Source: Deinococcales bacterium (GTDB lineage: Bacteria; Deinococcota; Deinococci; Deinococcales; JAAFIG01). From it: a stretch of DNA of 64,000 nucleotides. The DNA lies in assembly GCA_043778225.1 (NCBI GenBank), contig JAYWGM010000015.1, positions 32,001 to 96,000 of the forward strand, written 5' to 3'. The translations under genes and the position numbers were made by a program. This document shows positions 43,204 to 51,454 of the stretch, piece after piece (positions within the stretch are counted from its first letter, which is position 1; every line of letters begins with the position of its first letter). The notes beneath the pieces were generated by a model. That model did not search any database. It saw only the letters and a program-made list of their open reading frames with translations, and had not been told where the DNA came from.

Positions 43204-44195
43204 TCGCGTGGTGTCTGGAAATGCTTGAGCAGCATCTTTGGACTTAAACTGAGCAGTGTATGCACCACGGCTGGGTCAAACTGCGAACCCGCACCACGCT
43301 CCAAACGCGCTCGAGCTTCGGGGATTGGCAATGCTGCTCGGTACGGTCGGGTCGTGGTCATGGCATCAAAAGCATCCACCACCGAAATAATTCGCCCACC
43401 CAAAGGAATATCGCTTTCGCCTAATTTATCGGGGTAGCCCGTGCCATCCCAGCGTTCATGATGAGCCCGTACCATCGGTGCAACTTCATCGCCTTGAGGT
43501 AACTTGGCGGCGATTTCTGCGCCGTGAACTGGGTGTAAACGCATAATATCCCATTCTTCGGGGCTTAACGCACTGGGCTTACGCAAAATACTGGCTGGAA
43601 CGGCGATTTTACCAATGTCGTGCAGCAAACCAGCCGCCCGAACGGCTGCCACTTCTCGAGAAACCCGACCCATCTGCAATGCCACATGACCCGATAAGTA
43701 GCGCAACCGCTCGACATGAAGAGCAGTGTACGGGTCGTGCTTTTCGACAGTTTGTGATAAAGACTTCATGATTCCATAATGGTCTTCAATGCCCAGACTT
43801 TGCAGGTATTTACGGCACATTCGCTCGACTCGAGTCCGAATCCCTCGAGAATTCCAAGGGGCAGCCACAACATCGTCTGCCCCAATCAATAATAAATGAT
43901 CTTCTAAATCGAGTTGTTCGGCACTGAGCATCACCAGAATTGGCACATTGGTGTGTGGGTCGGATTTAATGGTGCGAATTAAATGAGGCGTGTACCCCTC
44001 GGCGGGTCCTAAAATGACACCATCAATCACACCACTGGCACATAGACCAATCACTTCTTCGGGTGTAAAGGCTGGGATATAACTCATTCCAATGCTTTGT
44101 AACTCGAGAAACTCTGGGTTGAGAACTGTGGTGTCATAAGCCAGCACAGCCACACGCATTGGGCGATTGATAATCACATTATCCTCGTAGTTCAT
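43200..44195 (-). CDS. HD-GYP cyclic-dinucleotide phosphodiesterase with degenerate receiver domain
   Basis: LLHDIGK, HHERWDGTGYP, VDAFDAM..RPY. Confidence 0.9.
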   Translation of the reverse strand: MNYEDNVIINRPMRVAVLAYDTTVLNPEFLELQSIGMSYIPAFTPEEVIGLCASGVIDGVILGPAEGYTPHLIRTIKSDPHTNVPILVMLSAEQLDLEDHLLLIGADDVVAAPWNSRGIRTRVERMCRKYLQSLGIEDHYGIMKSLSQTVEKHDPYTALHVERLRYLSGHVALQMGRVSREVAAVRAAGLLHDIGKIAVPASILRKPSALSPEEWDIMRLHPVHGAEIAAKLPQGDEVAPMVRAHHERWDGTGYPDKLGESDIPLGGRIISVVDAFDAMTTTRPYRAALPIPEARARLERGAGSQFDPAVVHTLLSLSPKMLLKHFQTPRD

Positions 44196-44198
44196 AGA

Positions 44199-46151
44199 CT
44201 AATTAACGCGGAACTTCATCTCGCGCTTTAATTGCGCTAAGGTGGGCGGCAATTCACCGACTTCATGTAAAAACTGCGATTCGACCTTACTCATGGCTTT
44301 GCGGCTTGCCAGTGCGCCTTCGACTTCCCCGGTGGCACGAACCAACAATTCGTTGAGCGATTCATCCAATGGTTCAACTTTTAATAACCGTTCTGTTAAG
44401 CGCCGACAGGCTTGGAAGTCTCCAGATTCATACATTTCTTGCACCAATTTTAAGCCACTGCGAACCAATAACCATTCCATGTTTGCTCGAACCTCCTCGA
44501 TCCACTGTCCCTCGAAGCCGCGCATAAATGGACCACGGCACAACTCGAGGGCTTGGTAGAACTCATTTTCGGAAGGGGCGTGTAGCAATTGCATAGCTTG
44601 GTTGTAATCGAATTCGAGTGGTATATTTCCAGTATCAACAGAATAGGACTTGGTAAAACGATCGTAAGCAAACTTGATAGAAGGCACAGCTTGATTCAGT
44701 TCATAACGCGAAGTATGAAAGTAATTGCGGGCTGCTTCGACATCTTTGGAGTCTTCAAAAACCTCGCTCAGGATTTTCTCGAGTGAACTCTGTGGGTAAA
44801 TTAGCAAGTAAGCCATAACTGCAAAGGAACGTTGGAGCTTACAACTAATCGGCTGACCATTGAGCGAAACCATCGGTGAACCTAAAGAAAGAAACGAAAT
44901 CGTATCGGGCAGGGGGCGCGAAAAAAGAGCTTGGCTTGGGATACTGGAGCCTTGCAAAGAAAGCATCCCATAACTCGAGGCAACCTCAGTTAGTACACTT
45001 AAATCACCAATAAAACGCTTTTCTAGCTCGAGAAATGCCGAACTTTCGGTGATGCTGACAATATCGGTTAAAGAATCTAAAATTGTCGTGGCTTTGGCGG
45101 CGTGTCCAAGTTTGGCGTGTGCATAGGCTAATTGTAACAAAGTCCAACCCAACTCGCGCCGCCACTCGAGGTCGGCAAAGGTGGCTTGAGACAATTCTAA
45201 AAAGGGGATGGCTGTTTCATATTCGCCGAGTGCATTGTGGTACTGCCCTTTGCGGTGAGCAAAGAGGGCTTTTTCGGATTGTTGCTCTGCAAAAAGCTCA
45301 AACTGAATAAACTTACTTCTAGCAAAAGTGTACTCTTGTTTATAGATAATTATCCCTATTAAGTTGAAATATACACGACAGATACTGGATTTATAATCAA
45401 TTTGTGCCTCTGGACAGTTGGTTATACTCAATAAGCCAGTTATGGATTCTTCTACCTGTTGGTCTACAAATGCCAGAAGATTGGATACGATGCTTCTATT
45501 GACTCTTAACTGAGGATTGGTATTTTCACTAAATTTCTCAAGTAAATCTCGAGACTGCCGATACTGTCCTAGATAAAATAAAATCTGCGATTTACTCAAA
45601 TTAAGGTAGGATTTCCAAATCTCTGATGCGCCTGCGATTGAATTATCAATAATTCTAATTGCTTCATTGTCTAACCCACGCAGATGCAAAACTGTAGAGA
45701 GACTTTGAGCGATGGTTTGTACCAATGAGCCTATATTTTTTTCTGTCTGTGCCTCAAACCAAACCTCTTTTAGCATTTGTTCGGCTTGGCAAAGTTTGTT
45801 GTTGCGAAATAGAACTTCGCCTTGGATGTATCTAAGTTGTAATGACTCTTTTTTTAAGAGTTTTGTCGTATCAATTTGTCGAATTTCATAGTCAATATTT
45901 TCAAATTTATTCTGAACCACAGACAATTGAATCAAGTCAACAGCTGCCCCATTTTCTTGTCGTTTTGAAGCGCGGCGCAGGTATATCTCAGCTTGTAAGA
46001 AGTCGCCAAGACCCCAGAAAGCTCGTCCGATGAGCCTATCCTCTTGTGGCGTTGGTGAAACTAAGCCGCCATAAACGCTTATGGCTTCTTGATAGCGCCC
46101 AGACTGTACAAGTGGTTGTATTGGAGGACTATACGTGGTTGCAAGGCTCAT
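44199..46151 (-). CDS. TPR-like helical-repeat protein with C-terminal winged-helix and BTAD domain
   Basis: TPR-like helices; LG.P.V..NG, AYLL, YFH..RY.L, ALEL.RGPF, EPLDE; AAGGAAG RBS before MSLAT. Confidence 0.8.
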   Translation of the reverse strand: MSLATTYSPPIQPLVQSGRYQEAISVYGGLVSPTPQEDRLIGRAFWGLGDFLQAEIYLRRASKRQENGAAVDLIQLSVVQNKFENIDYEIRQIDTTKLLKKESLQLRYIQGEVLFRNNKLCQAEQMLKEVWFEAQTEKNIGSLVQTIAQSLSTVLHLRGLDNEAIRIIDNSIAGASEIWKSYLNLSKSQILFYLGQYRQSRDLLEKFSENTNPQLRVNRSIVSNLLAFVDQQVEESITGLLSITNCPEAQIDYKSSICRVYFNLIGIIIYKQEYTFARSKFIQFELFAEQQSEKALFAHRKGQYHNALGEYETAIPFLELSQATFADLEWRRELGWTLLQLAYAHAKLGHAAKATTILDSLTDIVSITESSAFLELEKRFIGDLSVLTEVASSYGMLSLQGSSIPSQALFSRPLPDTISFLSLGSPMVSLNGQPISCKLQRSFAVMAYLLIYPQSSLEKILSEVFEDSKDVEAARNYFHTSRYELNQAVPSIKFAYDRFTKSYSVDTGNIPLEFDYNQAMQLLHAPSENEFYQALELCRGPFMRGFEGQWIEEVRANMEWLLVRSGLKLVQEMYESGDFQACRRLTERLLKVEPLDESLNELLVRATGEVEGALASRKAMSKVESQFLHEVGELPPTLAQLKREMKFRVN

Positions 46152-46202
46152 AAATTTGGCTTCCTTATGATTATTGAAACTAAGCGGTACGGAGGAACAC
46201 AT

Positions 46203-46313
46203 ATGAAAAAAATTATTAGCTTGATTCTGGTTGTAGTCGGTTTTGCCTTCAGTGGTGTCGCATCTGCTACTTTCGGTGGAAACATTCCCCCAGAAGTCTG
46301 CTCGAAGTGCTAA
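46203..46313 (+). CDS. 36-aa secreted pre-peptide (candidate signalling peptide)
   Basis: GGAGG RBS at 46191-46195; MKK, hydrophobic core and A-S-A cleavage site; tail TFGGNIPPEVCSKC. Confidence 0.75.
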   Translation: MKKIISLILVVVGFAFSGVASATFGGNIPPEVCSKC

Positions 46314-46363
46314 GACAGGATACTACAACTTTCTAATACACTCTGGTCAAAATACACATTAGC

Positions 46364-46400
46364 TTCGGCGGGTTTCTCTAACCGCCGAACTATTTTTATT
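46364..46400 (+). terminator. Intrinsic terminator after the peptide gene
   Basis: TTCGGCGG...CCGCCGAA followed by CTATTTTTATT. Confidence 0.7.
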
Positions 46401-46439
46401 ATGTACCCTGTCGTTGGGTGAGAGTCTATAGACTAAGAG

Positions 46440-47375
46440 TCAGACTACAGTCTGGTTCTGAAAAATCTGCTCGAGACCCGAGGCAATATCCACCAAACTC
46501 GAGACCGCCATAAAGTGCTTTGCGCCTTGACCAACGGCTGCGAATGGAACTGGGTTGCGGGTGTGGGTTTTGATACGTAAGTCCTCAAAGTTGCCGTGGT
46601 CGGAAGTGACCAAAAAAAGCGTGTCCTTTGCTTGGAACTCGAGACACGCCAAACAAAAAGACTCGAGCCGATGGGCAAACGCCATAGCCTCCTCGAGATT
46701 CATTTTATGCCCAAGGTGGTCTGTCCACCATTGGTCAAAGACCGTGACTTTGGCTTGACTACCCATAAATAAAAATGCCCATTGGCGGATTTGCTCGAGA
46801 TTGTTAGGCTGATTGGGCAAATGCAGCATGGGGGCTATGCCAATGCCGTTGGCTTGTTCTATGCCAATGCTTGTGGCTTGTTCAGTGCCAATACCCTTGG
46901 CTTGTTCAGTGCCAATGCCAGCTTGTTTAGTGTCAGCTTGCTCGAGGGTTGCTCCTGCGGCTAAGGCGCTGGTGGCAATCGCATTGAGGCGAACTTTGCC
47001 ATTTTGTAGTGCTTCTAAATAGCTATTCGGGTAATAATTGGCGAGTCGGACATTGCCAAGGCGCTTGAAAATGCTTTGCTCGAGTAATGGGCGCAAACTC
47101 GGACTGACCCAAGGTCCATAATGAAACCCCAAATGGGCGGCGGCATTGATACCTGTCAGAATTGTGGTCTGTCCGGTGCCACTTTGCGGTAAGCCCGTAA
47201 TCCCCAAATTGGCATCGATTGGTCTGGTTATACATTCTGAACTCGAGGTAAAGTTGGGCGTGCTGATGCCTAGTTTTTGTAAGGTTGGTAACTCGAGACC
47301 CGCAAAAGGGTGGGCGATGGTGTCGTTGGGTTCTCGTAAACCCACGCCGTCCAGCATTAACCAAGCAACTCGCAT
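46440..47375 (-). CDS. Alkaline-phosphatase-superfamily metalloenzyme (phosphoglycerate mutase-like)
   Basis: LDGVG, PQSGTGQT, DHLGH, TSDHGN.ED...HT.NPVP. Confidence 0.8.
   Translation of the reverse strand: MRVAWLMLDGVGLREPNDTIAHPFAGLELPTLQKLGISTPNFTSSSECITRPIDANLGITGLPQSGTGQTTILTGINAAAHLGFHYGPWVSPSLRPLLEQSIFKRLGNVRLANYYPNSYLEALQNGKVRLNAIATSALAAGATLEQADTKQAGIGTEQAKGIGTEQATSIGIEQANGIGIAPMLHLPNQPNNLEQIRQWAFLFMGSQAKVTVFDQWWTDHLGHKMNLEEAMAFAHRLESFCLACLEFQAKDTLFLVTSDHGNFEDLRIKTHTRNPVPFAAVGQGAKHFMAVSSLVDIASGLEQIFQNQTVV
46837..46944. repeat. Intragenic 24-bp tandem repeat (about 4.5 units)
   Basis: Encodes EQAKGIGT/EQATSIGI/EQANGIGI. Confidence 0.85.
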
Positions 47376-47503
47376 ATGTTAGAGCATAACGCACTTTTGA
47401 ATAGCTTGCCTCAAACTCTGACATTGAGTATGAGTTTTAGCGATTACGGTATAAATTGAAAGTATTAAGAATTTTGTCAGTTTTGCCAATGTAGACTGCC
47501 TTG

Positions 47504-47833
47504 GTGAAAAAACCTATCTCTGCCACAGAAACCGCCCTTCGTATGATTGGTCGTAAAGGCACATTCTTGATTCTTGAAATGCTACTGAAAGGTGCTACAC
47601 GCTTTACCACGCTCGAGAAAGCCTTAAAAGTCAGTCCAAGAACGCTGTCTGAGCGCCTAAAAGAACTCGAATCATACGATGTGGTGAGCCGTAAAGCCTT
47701 TCCCGAAGTACCGCCACGAGTTGAGTACAGCCTGACCGAAAAAGGCGAAGCTCTACACCTTGTCTTTGAAGGTATCCGCGAGTGGACAGAAGCCTTTGAG
47801 AAGCCTAAAAAGAAAGCTGTCAAGAAAAAATAA
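47504..47833 (+). CDS. HxlR-family winged-helix regulator
   Basis: SPRTLSERLKELE, PPRVEYSLT. Confidence 0.9.
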   Translation: MKKPISATETALRMIGRKGTFLILEMLLKGATRFTTLEKALKVSPRTLSERLKELESYDVVSRKAFPEVPPRVEYSLTEKGEALHLVFEGIREWTEAFEKPKKKAVKKK

Positions 47834-47838
47834 TTTGT

Positions 47839-47869
47839 AAAAAAGAGGAAAAGTTTACTTTTCCTCTTT
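47839..47869. terminator. Bidirectional terminator between convergent genes
   Basis: AAAGAGGAAAAG...CTTTTCCTCTTT. Confidence 0.75.
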
Positions 47870-47874
47870 ATGAT

Positions 47875-48948
47875 TTACTTTGCAGACACCGATTGTTGAA
47901 CCCGACGAATTCGTGTGGCGGTGGCTAAATTCTCGAGAACCGCCACGGTTTCATCCCAAGCAATACAGGCATCGGTCACCGAAACGCCATACTCGAGCGG
48001 CTGGTTTGGAATTAAATCCTGACGACCAGCTTTTAAGTGGCTCTCGAGCATTAAGCCGATAATTCGGGTGTCGCCAGCCGCGATTTGTTCGGCAACATTG
48101 GCAGCCACCGGAATCTGGTTCTCGTGCTTTTTACTCGAGTTGCCGTGCGAGCAATCAATCATCAGCCGTGCAGCCAAGCCAGACTTGGCAATCTCGCTGC
48201 TGGCGGTTTCGACGTTGGTTGCGTCATAATTTGGAGTTTTGCCACCGCGCAGAATCACATGGCAATCCTCGTTCCCGCCAGTCGAGATAATCGCACTATG
48301 ACCAGCTTTGGTAACCGACAAAAAATGGTGTGGCTGCGAAGAGGACTTGATTGCATCTACCGCAATTTTAATGTTGCCATCTGTGCCATTCTTAAAACCA
48401 ACCGGGCAACTCAGCCCACTGGCGAGTTCACGATGCACTTGGCTTTCGGTGGTACGCGCTCCAATTGCACCCCACGCAATTAAATCGGCGATGTACTGGG
48501 GGCTGATGGTATCGAGGTATTCGGTCGCGGCTGGCAATCCAAGTTCGTTAATCTCGAGCAATAATTCTCGAGCCACCCGCAAGCCAGTGTTGATTTCAAA
48601 GCTGCCATCGAGCTTTGGGTCATTGATTAAACCTTTCCAGCCAACGGTGGTGCGCGGCTTTTCAAAATAGACCCGCATCACAAGCTCGAGGTCGTTATGT
48701 AAGCGGTTCTTGACCTCAAGTAATTTATTGGCATATTCAAGGGCAGCTTTGGTGTCGTGAATCGAGCATGGACCGACCACCACCAAAAGGCGGTCATCCA
48801 TGCCGTGCAGAATTCGGTGCGAGGCTTGGCGTGAGTTAAACACGGTTCGAGCCGCGTTTTCCGAAATGGGAAATTCGCGCATGATGTGGGTTGGTGGGGC
48901 GAGTTCATGAATGGCTTTAATTCGGACATCATCGGTGTTGTGTGGCAT
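47875..48948 (-). CDS. aroG: DAHP synthase, class I-alpha
   Basis: GPCSIHD, RVYFEKPRTTVGWKG, IGARTTESQVHR, DCSHGNS; feedback isotype not determinable. Confidence 0.92.
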   Translation of the reverse strand: MPHNTDDVRIKAIHELAPPTHIMREFPISENAARTVFNSRQASHRILHGMDDRLLVVVGPCSIHDTKAALEYANKLLEVKNRLHNDLELVMRVYFEKPRTTVGWKGLINDPKLDGSFEINTGLRVARELLLEINELGLPAATEYLDTISPQYIADLIAWGAIGARTTESQVHRELASGLSCPVGFKNGTDGNIKIAVDAIKSSSQPHHFLSVTKAGHSAIISTGGNEDCHVILRGGKTPNYDATNVETASSEIAKSGLAARLMIDCSHGNSSKKHENQIPVAANVAEQIAAGDTRIIGLMLESHLKAGRQDLIPNQPLEYGVSVTDACIAWDETVAVLENLATATRIRRVQQSVSAK

Positions 48949-48964
48949 ATGCTCCTTTTTCCAT

Positions 48965-48993
48965 AAAAAAACCGCCGAATTTATCGGCGGTTT
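48965..48993 (-). terminator. Attenuator terminator upstream of DAHP synthase
   Basis: Minus strand AAACCGCCGA-TAAAT-TCGGCGG-TTTTTTT. Confidence 0.85.
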
Positions 48994-49013
48994 AGTTGGG
49001 TCTTAAAACAAAT

Positions 49014-49079
49014 TTACGTCCCCTCAGCCGCCGTGTCTGGGGTAAAATAGAAGCCATAAAACGGCGAACGTGAACGCAT
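49014..49079 (-). CDS. Phe/Tyr-rich leader peptide
   Basis: MRSRSPFYGFYFTPDTAAEGT, directly before the terminator. Confidence 0.8.
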   Translation of the reverse strand: MRSRSPFYGFYFTPDTAAEGT

Positions 49080-49086
49080 GGACAAT

Positions 49087-49758
49087 TTATACCGCTTGGT
49101 GTACCAAAAATGCAAGTGCCGAAGCTCGAGCCGAAGCCGATAGGATAAAATGTAACGCACCAAATAATTCGGGTAAATCATCCACAGTAAAACTTTGGAC
49201 GTGCTTGGTAAAAACACGCTCCTCAAGTTTTGCAAACTCCCAGACTTTACCATCAGTCACAATGCCATAAACGATTTTGGTGGTATCGTCGTTGATTTTT
49301 TGGGCGGCGATAAGTTCGGCTAAACACTGCGCCCATCCTTCTCTTGACCCTAAACACGCACCTGACGGGCAGGGTCGCTGTTCAAAGTCGTTCTTTTTGG
49401 CTTCTGCTACCAAAATTAAAGGTGTCTCGAGAACCGTTTTACCAAGCTCAGATTTCGTTCCAATTAAGTAATCGGGAGTACCGCTCAGCGCCGTATCAAA
49501 AAAAATGGCTTTTTGAATCCAAAGTGAAAACTTATCCACAAAACTCTTGTACACTTCGCGCAGCACAGGAAAAATAATCGTTTCAGAACGAGCAGCCTCT
49601 GAAGTAAATACATCCAAATTCTCTAAGCTAAACTCGAGTTCAGAACGAAAACCAAGCGAAGGCTCGAGACCAGAGGCAAGAATAAAATGTTCCTCGAGAT
49701 ACCTAACTTGATAGGCTTGTTGCACCTGCGAAATGCTTTTGAAATCACTGAACGCCAT
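49087..49758 (-). CDS. PD-(D/E)XK-like hypothetical protein carrying a 13-aa insertion
   Basis: G.PDY..EAKK..QCLAE..YGIVTDG; paralogue of 5443-6039. Confidence 0.7.
   Translation of the reverse strand: MAFSDFKSISQVQQAYQVRYLEEHFILASGLEPSLGFRSELEFSLENLDVFTSEAARSETIIFPVLREVYKSFVDKFSLWIQKAIFFDTALSGTPDYLIGTKSELGKTVLETPLILVAEAKKNDFEQRPCPSGACLGSREGWAQCLAELIAAQKINDDTTKIVYGIVTDGKVWEFAKLEERVFTKHVQSFTVDDLPELFGALHFILSASARASALAFLVHQAV
49339..49379. repeat. In-frame hairpin repeat element
   Basis: GACCCT...AGGGTC stem; homologous to 2912-2949. Confidence 0.75.
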
Positions 49759-49812
49759 GCAGCAATTGTACTTTGAATTGGTGAGCCTAGGTCTTGAGGG
49801 TGTCCCAAAAAG

Positions 49813-50421
49813 TCATAGTTCATCCTTGTATTTGACCAATAATTCCTCGAGGGCTTCGCGCAGTACGCTGGCTTCGGTGCGACCTGTGGCGCTGCTTAAT
49901 TTACTCAGTCGCTCGAGTTGGGCTTTTGGATAAAAGTTACTTTTCAGGGTCATTTTATCTTCAACATAAATCGCCACGCGGCTGCGTCCTTCGCGTTTAG
50001 CGCGGTACATCGCTTCGTCGGCACAGCGCATCAGGTCAGCAATGGTTTTGGCGTGTGGTGGCTTGGCGGCAATGCCAACACTCAGTTGGATTTTTCTCGG
50101 GATTTCGGCACTGACATAGTTGCTCGAGAAATGATTGCGAATTTCCTCGAGCAGAATCAAGGCACTCTCGGCGGTGCTGTCTGGAATGGCGGCAGCGTAT
50201 TCGTCGCCGCCGATGCGTCCCACAATTGCATTGGCTGGAAGGCTGCCGCCTAAAGTTCGCTCGAGACTGCGAAGCACACTATCGCCAGCAGCATGACCAA
50301 GGCTGTCGTTGATTTCCTTAAAGTGGTCAAGGTCTATTAAGGCGAGGGCAAGATGGACGTTATCGAGGGCATTCAGGGCTTGCTCGAAGTCGTGACGATT
50401 GAGAACGGGTAGATAATTCAT
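49813..50421 (-). CDS. GGDEF-domain protein fused to a C-terminal ribbon-helix-helix
   Basis: DLDHFKEIND.LGH..GD, RIGGDEY, AD.AMY.AK; tail QLERL..LS..TGR.EASVLREAL. Confidence 0.85.
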   Translation of the reverse strand: MNYLPVLNRHDFEQALNALDNVHLALALIDLDHFKEINDSLGHAAGDSVLRSLERTLGGSLPANAIVGRIGGDEYAAAIPDSTAESALILLEEIRNHFSSNYVSAEIPRKIQLSVGIAAKPPHAKTIADLMRCADEAMYRAKREGRSRVAIYVEDKMTLKSNFYPKAQLERLSKLSSATGRTEASVLREALEELLVKYKDEL

Positions 50422-50436
50422 GTGTACTCCTGATGT

Positions 50437-50490
50437 AAGATATTAAACATATATATACTACGCACAACCTATATATGTCAAATGTATCTT
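50437..50490. promoter_or_regulatory. Imperfect inverted repeat, candidate operator
   Basis: AAGATA..ACATATATA-N14-TATATATGT..TATCTT. Confidence 0.55.
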
Positions 50491-50538
50491 GTTCTGAGGC
50501 TTGCATCTCTTGTCACGTCTCGAGTAACATAGGCTTAC

Positions 50539-51210
50539 ATGGAAGCCCATCATTATCTCCAAGCACTCGGATTGACCGAATACGAAGCTCGAGCCTACAC
50601 TGCCTTATTGGCTCTAGGACGCGCTCAGCCCGCTAAAATTGCACGCCACAGCAATATCCCACGCCCCAAAGTTTACGAAACCTTAGAGCGGCTTGAGGCT
50701 CGAGGCTTGGCGACCCGCACCCAAGTTTCGCCGCTCGAGTATGCGCCGCTTTCGGCTCGTGAGTACATTACCCGAGCCGACCGCGAATTTAAGGGCAGAC
50801 TCGAAGGACTCGAGCGCAGCCTCGCTCGACTTGCGCCCGAACCAGCCCCCGAAGCGGTCTATCCTTTGCGTGGTGAAGCGGCGACGCTGGCACTGGTCGA
50901 AGACATTGTGCTGAACTCGAGTCGAACGCTGCATATGGCTGGCGAACCCGAATTGGTGGCACGTTTAGCCGCCAAGACTGCACGTGCAGTCGTCGTGCAT
51001 TCCTCGAGTTTAGAGCATCTGCCCCAAATTGCGGCGGCTGGTCAGCGCCCACTTTTGGTGGCTCGAGATGGCGAAGCGGTGGTTATTGCCCACCTGACCG
51101 AAGATGCCGCCCAAGTTCATGGGGTACATTCGCATAACCCAGTGATTGTGCGTCTGGTTGAGGGCTATATTGAACTGGCTGGACTCCATAAAGACAAAAA
51201 GAAAAAATGA
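50539..51210 (+). CDS. TrmB-family transcriptional regulator
   Basis: LGLTEYEARAY.ALL, IPRPKVYETL..L..RGL. Confidence 0.88.
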   Translation: MEAHHYLQALGLTEYEARAYTALLALGRAQPAKIARHSNIPRPKVYETLERLEARGLATRTQVSPLEYAPLSAREYITRADREFKGRLEGLERSLARLAPEPAPEAVYPLRGEAATLALVEDIVLNSSRTLHMAGEPELVARLAAKTARAVVVHSSSLEHLPQIAAAGQRPLLVARDGEAVVIAHLTEDAAQVHGVHSHNPVIVRLVEGYIELAGLHKDKKKK

Positions 51211-51249
51211 CCCATATCCGGCTCATTGCAAAAATGTAGAATCTCCAGC

Positions 51250-51423
51250 ATGGGTATTCTTACGGTCTTGTGTGGTGTTTTGATGTTGGCAATTGGACTT
51301 GTTGGTGTGGCTAAAAAACAGAGTTTGCTGCCCGAAATTAAACCTTCCGAAGCGGCACTGGTCACGATTCCAATGGGCTTGGTGATTTTGGTGCTTGGGA
51401 TTATTATTCAGACCAAAAGCTGA
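51250..51423 (+). CDS. Small two-TM membrane protein
   Basis: Two hydrophobic helices; TAGAAT 7 nt before the ATG. Confidence 0.55.
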   Translation: MGILTVLCGVLMLAIGLVGVAKKQSLLPEIKPSEAALVTIPMGLVILVLGIIIQTKS

Positions 51424-51454
51424 AGCTCGAGTCAATGCGTTAGAATGCTGACAA

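Noticed and set aside
46089..46202. Longer 74-aa version of the peptide ORF and 667-aa version of the regulator
   Set aside because: They would overlap head-to-head; RBS positions favour starts at 46203 and 46151.
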